A stretch of 64,000 nucleotides of DNA from Kiritimatiellia bacterium (GTDB lineage: Bacteria; Verrucomicrobiota; Kiritimatiellia; RFP12; UBA1067), in the NCBI GenBank assembly GCA_016296065.1, contig JAEDKA010000003.1:5093-69092 (forward strand). Direction: 5' to 3'. Both the position numbers and the translations under genes were made by a program. Under the pieces are notes generated by a model, which saw nothing but the letters and a program-made list of their open reading frames with translations, was not told the DNA's origin and ran no database searches. The first letter of the stretch is position 1. Each line of letters begins with the position of its first letter. Positions 17,900-25,703 of this stretch are shown piece by piece.

Positions 17900-20182
17900 C
17901 TAGTATTGCGGATCGGTTCGAACGCCCACGCGGTCTATGACGACCCCTGGATCGACAGCCGTGATCGTGCATGCCTTCGCCCCAGACGGAATTGGCACCT
18001 CAACGCGTATGAAGTTGTCCTGCACGGCCACTGCGCGGACAGAATCCTTCTCGCCGATGTTGGAATCGCTGCGCGGCACCTCCACGTACTTCGCCTCGCC
18101 GCCGTCGAAAGACACTTTCACGCCGAGCCTGAGCCCCGGCCAAAGCGCGAAGTCAGGAAGGAACTGAAGTACAATAGTCCTTTTTTCGACAGGATTAACA
18201 GAATTTACATGATTAAGAGTTGGGGATTCGAGTTGGAGATTGGAATTTTCATTTGCTCCCAATCCTGTCAATCTTGTAAATCCTGTCAAAGAGTATTTTA
18301 CCACTGCGCCATCGCCGACGCCTGGCTTGACAGGCAAAAGCGCGAGGGCGTTGCCGCTCGTGCCGAGGCCCACGACGTTCACCCATTCGCCGCCCTTCGC
18401 GCCGCGCTCGCGCGAGGCAGGCTCGAGCCACGTCGGCTCCGGAACGTCCGCACGGTACGCCGTGGCGACATAGTCGTTCCTGCTCTCGCCGCGGCGATCC
18501 TTCTGCGCCGGATCGTCCGGCTCGTTCCACGGCCACTGCATCTGCGAGCTCCAGCGGTTGTGCGCCGTCGGCTGGTACATCCCGGGCCTCTCGTCGATGG
18601 TGTCGATCCAGAAGCCGGACCACTTTCCGCCGTCAAGCGCGTCCCAGCGCGCATAAAGCGGATCCAGCACCGAATGCGCGTACGCCTTGTCGCGTCCTTC
18701 CAGATGGATTATACCGGCGTAGGCGAGGAAGCGCGTCTGGAAGCCGACGAGGCGGAAGTAGTCGTCAATATGACTGGGGGAAGCGGCGTCTCGCCGCTTC
18801 TGGGAAGAGGAGATATCATTTTTTTGATGAAGCGGCGGGACGCCGCTTCCCCCAGTCAGCTGTCGCTCTTCTTCCCCAGTCAGCAGTTGCTCTTCTTGAT
18901 GAAGCGGCGGGACGCCGCTTCTCCCAGTCAGCTGCCGCTCAATTTCAATGTCCTCGTTCAGCAGGGCATGGTATCGCCTCAGCAGCGACGATTTTACGCT
19001 CTCAGGCAGAGCGCGAGACCACTGGACGCACATGTGCTCGGGCTTGCGGTTGAATCCGAGATTAAAATACTCGTTCAAGTGCTGGACAATGCGGTCAGAT
19101 AGTTTTAAGACAGGATTGACAGGATTATCAGGATTGTTTTCTGAATCCTGTAAATCTTGTAAATCCTGTCCAAAAAAACTCTCCCTCGCCCACATTCTCA
19201 ACGCATCAGCCTGAGGATCAGTCTTTGCCTTCCAGCTCTCGGGGTCTGCGGCGAACTTTCCGAAGGCGTCGAGAAGTATCTCCGCCTGGAATACGTCGCC
19301 CGCATTCACCATCCAGACGTCGCGGACGCCGTTCTCCCAGCACTTCGCGACAAGCTCGTACCACATGAAGGCCGGCGGAGTGGTGCAAAGGTGGATATAT
19401 CCGTGGGGACGGCCCCAGTACGAGAGGTGCCAGTAGATGCCGCCGCCATAGCCCTCGCACTGCGGACCGCCAAGTCGGCGCACGTAGCCGAAGTTGTCGT
19501 TCACCCATAAGATCGTCGCATCCTCCAGAACCTTGAGCCCCGCGTTGAAGATCGGCAGGACCTCCTTGTACGGACAGAACAGCTTCGGCGCACCATCCGG
19601 CAGCATCGCGCACTGCGCGGCGAAGACCTCCTCGAGGATCTTAACCTTTTCCTCCGTCGTCTTTCCGTCCGGCATTCGCCCGTCGTGGATACCGCGCATG
19701 CCGATCGTCCACAAAACTCCCTTATCTCCGTTTCCCGTTCCCCTTCTCACTCCCTCGCGCCAGTAATCCACGAGGAAATCGCGATTCGACACCCAGCTCC
19801 ACTTCTTCTTGTCCGCTTTCGGCAAATAGCAGTTGTTGCGCAGCATCGGCTCGCAGTGGCTTGTGCCCACCGTGATGCCCCAGTGTCTCGCGAGTTCGAT
19901 ATTTTCGGGCCTCGCCGAAAACTCGTAGCCCCCCTCGTGCATCGCAGGCCATATCAGGTTGAGTCCGTTCGCCTTCATGAGCGCGAACACCTCCGCGTAT
20001 GCGTTGGTGCCGATCTGCTCCTGAGCGCCGAAGTGACGGACCGCCCACGGCCGCAGGCCCCAGTCCTCGTCGTTGACGAAGATGCCGCGGTATTTGACGC
20101 CCCGAGGGGAATCCGGAGGCTGCGCAAACAACGACTGCTGCAGACAGCAGACGGCGAACAACAGCGAACATGCGATTTTCAT
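17900..20182 (-). CDS. GH115-like glycoside hydrolase (alpha-glucuronidase family) carrying three in-frame repeat-element insertions
   Basis: N-terminal YRGIFVNDEDWGLRPWA is the GH115 hallmark. The ORF is intact over 760 aa despite low-complexity stretches encoded by palindromic repeats. Confidence 0.65.
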   Translation of the reverse strand: MKIACSLLFAVCCLQQSLFAQPPDSPRGVKYRGIFVNDEDWGLRPWAVRHFGAQEQIGTNAYAEVFALMKANGLNLIWPAMHEGGYEFSARPENIELARHWGITVGTSHCEPMLRNNCYLPKADKKKWSWVSNRDFLVDYWREGVRRGTGNGDKGVLWTIGMRGIHDGRMPDGKTTEEKVKILEEVFAAQCAMLPDGAPKLFCPYKEVLPIFNAGLKVLEDATILWVNDNFGYVRRLGGPQCEGYGGGIYWHLSYWGRPHGYIHLCTTPPAFMWYELVAKCWENGVRDVWMVNAGDVFQAEILLDAFGKFAADPESWKAKTDPQADALRMWARESFFGQDLQDLQDSENNPDNPVNPVLKLSDRIVQHLNEYFNLGFNRKPEHMCVQWSRALPESVKSSLLRRYHALLNEDIEIERQLTGRSGVPPLHQEEQLLTGEEERQLTGGSGVPPLHQKNDISSSQKRRDAASPSHIDDYFRLVGFQTRFLAYAGIIHLEGRDKAYAHSVLDPLYARWDALDGGKWSGFWIDTIDERPGMYQPTAHNRWSSQMQWPWNEPDDPAQKDRRGESRNDYVATAYRADVPEPTWLEPASRERGAKGGEWVNVVGLGTSGNALALLPVKPGVGDGAVVKYSLTGFTRLTGLGANENSNLQLESPTLNHVNSVNPVEKRTIVLQFLPDFALWPGLRLGVKVSFDGGEAKYVEVPRSDSNIGEKDSVRAVAVQDNFIRVEVPIPSGAKACTITAVDPGVVIDRVGVRTDPQY
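18188..18287. repeat. palindromic 9-mer-arm element (100 bp) inside GH115
   Basis: Left arm is GACAGGATTAACAGAATTTACATGATT and right arm AATCCTGTCAATCTTGTAAATCCTGTC, around a ~46-nt centre. The arms resemble the 53600-54426 elements. Confidence 0.75.
18772..18932. repeat. cluster of three GC-hairpin units GAAGCGGCG-NNN-CGCCGCTTC + CCCCAGTCAGC inside GH115
   Basis: Units lie at 18772-18800 (inverted orientation), 18829-18860 and 18901-18932. The same unit occurs at 26511-26542 in hemW. Confidence 0.8.
19109..19170. repeat. palindromic 9-mer-arm element (62 bp) inside GH115
   Basis: Sequence is GACAGGATTGACAGGATTATCAGGATT-gttttctg-AATCCTGTAAATCTTGTAAATCCTGTC. Confidence 0.8.
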
Positions 20183-20188
20183 GCCGCC

Positions 20189-20231
20189 ATTATACCAAAG
20201 CCAGGGCCGAGAGGAAATACCCAGTTGGGTA
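20189..20231 (-). promoter_or_regulatory. leaderless promoter of GH115 with degenerate palindromic box
   Basis: Minus strand reads TACCCAACTGGGTA-N..-TGGTATAAT-GGCGGC-ATG. The -10 lies 6 nt from the ATG at 20182. The box resembles the GTGGGA box only partly (24-nt spacing). Confidence 0.45.
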
Positions 20232-20279
20232 CCCTCTCGGCCGCCAGGTGGATGCGCGCAACTGCGATTACGCCGCGAA

Positions 20280-21158
20280 TCAGAACGAAAACGCTACGCC
20301 GACGCCGCCGTAGAAGGTCCAGGAGTGGTCGCAGCTCGAGCCCCACGCGCCGTTGTAGGCACGCGCGCCGTCGCGGAGCTTTGAGTCGAACCAGTAGTCG
20401 CTGTAGGCGACGTATGCCGTGAGCGCGACATTGTCGCAGAGCGCCCACTCGAACTCGCCCTTGATCGTCGTGTCCATCACGCCGCCATGGTCGGCCGCAA
20501 GCTCGTAGCCGCGCGTGCGGTGCTTGTCGCCGAAGCCCTGTCCGATAGACGGCCTGAATGTAAGCGTCGGGTCTTCTTCATCGCCTACGAGCGCAAAGGT
20601 GTGCCCGACCTCGAGGTTGATGTACGTTCCGTCGTCCGCCATCAGATCGCGCTCGATTCCGAGCGTCGGCTCGAACCAGAGGTCCCCGAGCGAAAGCTCC
20701 AGGTTGATGTACTGCGTGTCGCCCATGTCGCTGTGGTGGCGGCGGAGGTACTCGTAGATGTAGTTGACGTCGACCGAAAGCGCGCCGAGCGTCTCGCCGA
20801 GGTCAAACTCGTGTGCAAGCCCGACGATAGCGTCGAGGGTCGTCCACTTGCCCGCGCGGTTGCCGTAGTCACCGCGCTTCCCGTTGCCCTTGGTGAGGTC
20901 GAATATCGACTCGACTCCGACGTACGCCCAGTCGAAGAACGTGAGCTGCGCGCTCGGGGTGAGGATCGGATCCTTCCCGTCCGTCACGCCGTACGTCATG
21001 TACTTGGAGTCGAGCTGGAGTCCGAACTCGGCGGATACGACCGGCGTCTCCTCCTCGACCTCGCCCTTCTCAGCCTCTGCGACCTCGTCAGCCGCCGTCA
21101 CCGACGCGACGCATCCGAAGATAGCCGCCGCACACGCCATTTTCCTGATGTTCATCAT
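20280..21158 (-). CDS. outer-membrane beta-barrel (porin-like) protein
   Basis: Start trimmed to MMNIRKMACAAAIFGCVASVTA (signal peptide, with AAGGAAA upstream). It has alternating beta-strand patterns and a C-terminal ...GVGVAFSF ending in Phe. Confidence 0.55.
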   Translation of the reverse strand: MMNIRKMACAAAIFGCVASVTAADEVAEAEKGEVEEETPVVSAEFGLQLDSKYMTYGVTDGKDPILTPSAQLTFFDWAYVGVESIFDLTKGNGKRGDYGNRAGKWTTLDAIVGLAHEFDLGETLGALSVDVNYIYEYLRRHHSDMGDTQYINLELSLGDLWFEPTLGIERDLMADDGTYINLEVGHTFALVGDEEDPTLTFRPSIGQGFGDKHRTRGYELAADHGGVMDTTIKGEFEWALCDNVALTAYVAYSDYWFDSKLRDGARAYNGAWGSSCDHSWTFYGGVGVAFSF

Positions 21159-21204
21159 GTTTTCCTTTCTTGAGTTTGTATGTACAGGTTTATGTTTGTT
21201 AAAT

Positions 21205-21217
21205 CTAATCTGATTAG
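21205..21217. promoter_or_regulatory. CTAATC-n-GATTAG palindrome in an AT-rich spacer upstream of the porin gene
   Basis: Perfect 6-1-6 inverted repeat using the same hexamers as the feoA-leader palindrome at 24277-24289. Confidence 0.35.
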
Positions 21218-21273
21218 TTATGTCTAACTCTGCCGCTTTAATAAACTTTTGGACATAAGTAGCACTATGCTTG

Positions 21274-21435
21274 TCAGTCTTCGCCGCAGTCGCAGCACGA
21301 GCAGCCGCCCTTGCGCGAGCAGACCTTGCGCGAACCGCCGCATTCGCAGGGCGCTCCCTTCTTCGCGACCCGCCAAACGGCGAGCGCGAAGAAGATGCCA
21401 ATAACGACGAGGACAACTAGGGAAGAAACATTCAT
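21274..21435 (-). CDS. FeoB-associated Cys-rich membrane protein (53 aa)
   Basis: Below the ORF-track cutoff. My translation is MNVSSLVVLVVIGIFFALAVWRVAKKGAPCECGGSRKVCSRKGGCSCCDCGED: one TM helix plus a Cys-rich tail. It lies 14 nt downstream of feoB, the usual position for this family. Confidence 0.7.
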   Translation of the reverse strand: MNVSSLVVLVVIGIFFALAVWRVAKKGAPCECGGSRKVCSRKGGCSCCDCGED

Positions 21436-21449
21436 CTCAACTTCCCCCT

Positions 21450-24053
21450 TCAGCTTTTAACCTTCTTGCCTGGCCTGAATATCGCCCACAGGCAGAAGGC
21501 GTCGAGCGCGAACGCGAGCGCCGTCCAGATTCCGAATCCGCCGCCGGCGACAAGAACGCCAATCCTGTACACGCTGAGCGCGAGGACGTATCCGACGAAG
21601 AGCTGGAAGCCGACGGCGAACCAGCCCCACTTCTTGGAGCCCATCTCGCGGAACGTCACGGCGATCGCCACCATGCACGGCGGGACGAACAGGTTGAACA
21701 CCATGAACGACAGGGCCGCGAGCTTCGGGAAGTCGCTCACCGAGCCAAACAGCGCCTGGATGTGCGAGCCGGTAGTGGCGCCGTCCATGTTTGCGGCGAC
21801 GAGTCCGAGCGTCGCAGTCGCCTGCTCCTTCGCTATCTCCGCGGAGACGGACGCAGCCGCGCCCTGCCACGAGCCGAAGCCGAGCGGCTCGAACATCCAC
21901 GCGATCCAGCTGCCGAGGTCGTGAAGGATCGACTTCTCGATCTCCTCGTCGGCGAGCAGGTTCAGCGACCAGTCGAAGTGCATCACGAACCAGAGTACCA
22001 CGCACGCCGGGAAGATGATGAGGCCGGCCTTGAGTACATATCCCTTGAGCCGGTTCCAAGTGTGGTGCCACACGCCCGAAACCGTCGGCATGTGGTACGC
22101 GGGAAGTTCGAGGACGAAGGACGACGCCTCGCCAGCGAAGAACCTCGTCTTCTTGAGCGCAATGCCGCCGAGGATGATGATCGCGATGCCGATGACATCC
22201 ATGAGCGCGGCGACGTACCACTGCTCGCGGAAGAAGAGCGCCGCGAACATCGCGATGATGACCGTCTTCGCGCCGCACGGGACGAACGTCGCGAGGATCA
22301 CCGTCATGCGCCGCGCTCGTTCGTTCTCGATTGCGCGCGCCGCCATCACCGCGGGGACGCCGCAGCCCTTCCCGATGAGCATCGGGATGAACGACTTGCC
22401 GGATAGGCCGAAGCGGCGCAGGAGCCTGTCCATGATGAACGCGACGCGCGCCATGTACCCGCAGTCCTCGAGGAACGCGAGGAAGATGAACACGATGAAT
22501 ATGACCGGGACGAACCCGAGCACCGTCGCAACGCCGCCCCACGCACCGTCGACGACGAGACTCTTGACCGTGTCGCTTACGCCCGCCTTGTCGAGCGCAT
22601 CTGTTATCAGCGCGCCTAGGCCAGGCACCCAGACGCCGAACTGCTTTGGATCCGGCTCCTCGAACTCCTTCGCCGCCTTGTACGCGGCGAAATCGACGTC
22701 CCAGAGGTCAGGCTCGCCGCATCCACAGCCGCAGCCCTCGCACTCCTCGCCAGACTCGCGCTTCTTCGCGCAGTTCTCGCAGTCGCACTCCTTGGCAAGG
22801 GGCTCGCCCGTCTCCTCGTCCTCGACGAACACGCCCTTCGCGACAATCGTCGCCGCGACCTTCTCGTCAATCTCCTCGGGCATCTCCTCAACCTTGTCGT
22901 CGTCGGATTTGCCTTCGTTGATCTTCTCAAGATACGCTTCTTCCCAGGCGGACTTCGAGGCGTCCTGTTTGGCGAACACGCCCTGCGCGTCCTCGAACTC
23001 CATTCCCTTGTACTTGCCCTCCGCCCTGCACTCGTGCGTCGTGAACGGAACATGCCATCCGTCGGCGAGGAAGCCGTCGTTCGCCCAGTCCGTTAGAACC
23101 GTTCCCGGGCCATTTTCCGCGACGGCGAGGAACCACATCACGCAGAGGGAGAGGATGAAGATCGGAAGCGCCAGTATCCGGTGCGTCACGAACTTGTCGA
23201 TCTTGTCCGAGAGCGTCGCCTTGTCCTTCCGGTTCTCGTTCAGCGCAAGCGACTTGTCCATAAGGCGCTTGATGAAGTCGTAGCGCTGGCTGGTGATGAT
23301 CGACTCCGCGTCGTCCCCAAGCTCCTTCTCGCAGTCGCGGATGTGCTCCTCGATGTGCTTCATCTCGCCGACGCCGATCTCGAGCTTCTTGATGATCTCG
23401 CGGTCGCGCTCGAAGACCTTGATCGCGTACCACCGTATCGAGCGGAGCGGCACCTTACCCTGTATCGACTCCTCGATGTGGGCGATAGCGTGCTCTACGG
23501 AGCCCGAGAACACGTGCGGCACGTCGGGCAGCTTGCCGGGGCCCTTCTCGACGACGGCCTTCTTGGCCATCTCGACGACCTTCTCTGCGGCCTCCATGCC
23601 GCCCTCGTTCTTGAGAGCAGAAATCCCGACGACCTCGCAGCGGAGCGCCTTCGCGATCTTGTCGAAGTCGATCTTGTCGCCGTTCTTCTTCACGACGTCC
23701 ATCATGTTGACGGCCATCACCATCGGCAGCCCCAGTTCCGCAAGCTGCGTGGAGAAATAGAGGTTGCGCTCGATGTTAGTGCCGTCAACGATGTTCAGGA
23801 TTGCATCCGGCCCCTCCTCGACGAGGAACCGGCGCGACACCTTCTCCTCGATGGAGTACGGGGAAAGGGAGTAGATGCCGGGAAGGTCCTGGATTACGAC
23901 GTCCTTGTGTCCGGAGAGGATGCCGTCTTTCTTCTCGACCGTCACGCCCGGCCAGTTGCCCACGTACTGCTCGGACCCCGTAAGCGCGTTGAAAAGCGTC
24001 GTCTTGCCGCTGTTCGGGTTTCCCGCCAGGGCTATCTTAATGCTCTTAGACAT
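21450..24053 (-). CDS. feoB: ferrous iron transporter FeoB (with a long acidic Cys-rich loop insertion)
   Basis: G-domain GNPNSGKTTLFNALTG and DLPGIYSL. It also has a polytopic C-terminal permease region. Confidence 0.9.
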   Translation of the reverse strand: MSKSIKIALAGNPNSGKTTLFNALTGSEQYVGNWPGVTVEKKDGILSGHKDVVIQDLPGIYSLSPYSIEEKVSRRFLVEEGPDAILNIVDGTNIERNLYFSTQLAELGLPMVMAVNMMDVVKKNGDKIDFDKIAKALRCEVVGISALKNEGGMEAAEKVVEMAKKAVVEKGPGKLPDVPHVFSGSVEHAIAHIEESIQGKVPLRSIRWYAIKVFERDREIIKKLEIGVGEMKHIEEHIRDCEKELGDDAESIITSQRYDFIKRLMDKSLALNENRKDKATLSDKIDKFVTHRILALPIFILSLCVMWFLAVAENGPGTVLTDWANDGFLADGWHVPFTTHECRAEGKYKGMEFEDAQGVFAKQDASKSAWEEAYLEKINEGKSDDDKVEEMPEEIDEKVAATIVAKGVFVEDEETGEPLAKECDCENCAKKRESGEECEGCGCGCGEPDLWDVDFAAYKAAKEFEEPDPKQFGVWVPGLGALITDALDKAGVSDTVKSLVVDGAWGGVATVLGFVPVIFIVFIFLAFLEDCGYMARVAFIMDRLLRRFGLSGKSFIPMLIGKGCGVPAVMAARAIENERARRMTVILATFVPCGAKTVIIAMFAALFFREQWYVAALMDVIGIAIIILGGIALKKTRFFAGEASSFVLELPAYHMPTVSGVWHHTWNRLKGYVLKAGLIIFPACVVLWFVMHFDWSLNLLADEEIEKSILHDLGSWIAWMFEPLGFGSWQGAAASVSAEIAKEQATATLGLVAANMDGATTGSHIQALFGSVSDFPKLAALSFMVFNLFVPPCMVAIAVTFREMGSKKWGWFAVGFQLFVGYVLALSVYRIGVLVAGGGFGIWTALAFALDAFCLWAIFRPGKKVKS

Positions 24054-24264
24054 CTGCCACCTCCACGTTGCGAGCCGTCGCGTCGTTGACCGCTATGCGG
24101 CTCTCGTGCACGGCGAGTATCATGTTTCCGTAGGACTCTCCGACAACGCGCACAATCGTGCCCGCAACGAACCCGAGAGCGCCGAGGTGCCGCTTCACGG
24201 CCTCCTCGCCAGACACGCGGACTATCCGCGCCCTGTCCCCTTCTTTCATTCCAGCCAATGTCAT
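24046..24264 (-). CDS. feoA: FeoA
   Basis: MTLAGMKEGDRARIVRVSGEEAVKRHLGALGFVAGTIVRVV is an SH3-like FeoA domain. The start was trimmed to the ATG at 24264 with GGAGAA upstream. It overlaps the feoB start by 8 nt. Confidence 0.8.
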   Translation of the reverse strand: MTLAGMKEGDRARIVRVSGEEAVKRHLGALGFVAGTIVRVVGESYGNMILAVHESRIAVNDATARNVEVADV

Positions 24265-24276
24265 TTCTTGTTCTCC

Positions 24277-24335
24277 GATTAGCCTAATCTCACTTAGACG
24301 GGGCAAAGTTTACCATATCTAAGTCGCCGTGTCAA
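24277..24335 (-). promoter_or_regulatory. feoA promoter (TTGACA-17-TAAACT) with downstream GATTAG-n-CTAATC palindrome
   Basis: The -35 is at 24330-24335 and the -10 at 24307-24312, with TGG just upstream. The palindrome at 24277-24289 lies in the short leader. Confidence 0.55.
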
Positions 24336-24393
24336 TGGGGGGTCGGAGAATTTTCCGATAATTGTCGGACCGTCCGCGCAGTCGCATGATTTT

Positions 24394-24402
24394 TGGTATA
24401 AT
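24394..24402 (+). promoter_or_regulatory. extended -10 (TGGTATAAT) of metK
   Basis: Sequence match about 75 nt upstream of the metK ATG. Confidence 0.5.
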
Positions 24403-24475
24403 ATCCGCCAATCATTTCAGTCTGTGACGTCCGGACATGGTGCCCGGCGTGTGACACAAGCTGAGTCTACAGGGA

Positions 24476-25675
24476 ATGAAAATGAACACAAAGAAGAATC
24501 ACAGCCACGTGTTTACGTCGGAGTCTGTTTCGGAAGGACATCCCGACAAGGTGGCGGACCAGATATCCGATGCAATCCTCGATGCGTGCATGAAGCGCGA
24601 CCCGAACGCCCATGTCGCGTGCGAAACAACGGTGGGGCCAGACATTGTAGTGAATGTCGGCGAAATCACCTGCAAAGACTTCAAGAAGATCGACATTGAA
24701 AAAATCGCCCGCCGCGTCGTCAGGAAGATCGGCTATACTGTGCCGGAAGAGAAATTCGCCGCCGACACGTTCAAATACCTCAACTACCTCCACGGACAGT
24801 CCCCAGACATCAACCAGGGCGTCTCTCGCGCGAAGAAGGAAAAGCAGGGGGCGGGAGACCAGGGGATGATGTTCGGCTACGCGACGAACGAGACGAAGTC
24901 CTACATGCCAGCCGCGATCGTCTATTCGCACGACCTCCTTAAGATGTTCGCGAAGCTCCGCAAGACGAACCCGAAGTACTCGTGGCTCCGCCCCGACTCG
25001 AAGAGCCAGCTCTCCGTCGTTTACGAAAACGGACGCCCCGTCGCGATAGACACCGTCGTCGTCTCGCATCAGACGACCGAGGATGGCGCGACTAAGAAGC
25101 ACTACGCCGAAATCGAAAATCTCGCGAAGGAATACCTTTCCAAGACCGGGCTCCTCACCACAAAGACGAAGTTCTTCATCAACCCGACGGGCAAGTTCGT
25201 CGTCGGCGGACCTTGCGGTGACTCCGGGCTCACCGGGCGCAAGATCATCGTCGACACGTATGGCGGAATGGCCGCGCACGGTGGCGGCGCATTCAGCGGA
25301 AAGGACCCCTCCAAGGTCGACCGCTCCGCCGCGTACTACGCGCGCTACGCCGCGAAGAACATCGTAGCCGCAGGCCTTGCGGACCGCTGCCAGATCCAGG
25401 TCGCCTACGCGATCGGCGTCGACAAGCCGGTCAGCTTCTGCGTCAAGACGTTCGATACCGCACACGGCGTGACGAACGAGCAGCTCGAGAAGATGCTAGC
25501 GTCCGGCAGGGTGTTCGACTTCCGCCCGTACGCGCTCATCAAGGACCTCGGGCTCCTCAAGCCGAAGGGCTGGAAATACGAGGACACGGCGGCCTACGGA
25601 CACTTCGGACGCTCCAAGTTCCCGTGGGAGAAGCTGGATAAGGTCGCAAAGATCAAAAGCTACCTCAAGGTTTGA
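24476..25675 (+). CDS. metK: S-adenosylmethionine synthetase
   Basis: [25 protein letters not shown] and [10 protein letters not shown] signatures. 399 aa. Confidence 0.95.
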   Translation: MKMNTKKNHSHVFTSESVSEGHPDKVADQISDAILDACMKRDPNAHVACETTVGPDIVVNVGEITCKDFKKIDIEKIARRVVRKIGYTVPEEKFAADTFKYLNYLHGQSPDINQGVSRAKKEKQGAGDQGMMFGYATNETKSYMPAAIVYSHDLLKMFAKLRKTNPKYSWLRPDSKSQLSVVYENGRPVAIDTVVVSHQTTEDGATKKHYAEIENLAKEYLSKTGLLTTKTKFFINPTGKFVVGGPCGDSGLTGRKIIVDTYGGMAAHGGGAFSGKDPSKVDRSAAYYARYAAKNIVAAGLADRCQIQVAYAIGVDKPVSFCVKTFDTAHGVTNEQLEKMLASGRVFDFRPYALIKDLGLLKPKGWKYEDTAAYGHFGRSKFPWEKLDKVAKIKSYLKV

Positions 25676-25703
25676 ACTCTTGAACCTTTGAACTTTTGAA
25701 CCT
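25672..25703 (+). repeat. 4 x 8-bp tandem TTGAACYY
   Basis: TTGAAC occurs at 25672, 25680, 25688 and 25696. Copy 1 contains the metK TGA, and copy 4 is the hemW TTG start. Confidence 0.85.

Noticed and set aside
20280-21416. Long N-terminal extension of the porin ORF
   Set aside because: The extension is Arg/Ala-rich. It crosses the AT-rich spacer and overlaps the Cys-rich mini-gene in another frame. The start was trimmed to MMNIRK with an SD.
24403-24475. SAM riboswitch in the metK leader
   Set aside because: The leader is about 75 nt with one hairpin (ACGUCCGG-9 nt-CCGGCGU). I could not match it to the SAM-I, II, IV, V, VI or SAM/SAH consensus from memory. It needs cmscan, so it is not claimed.
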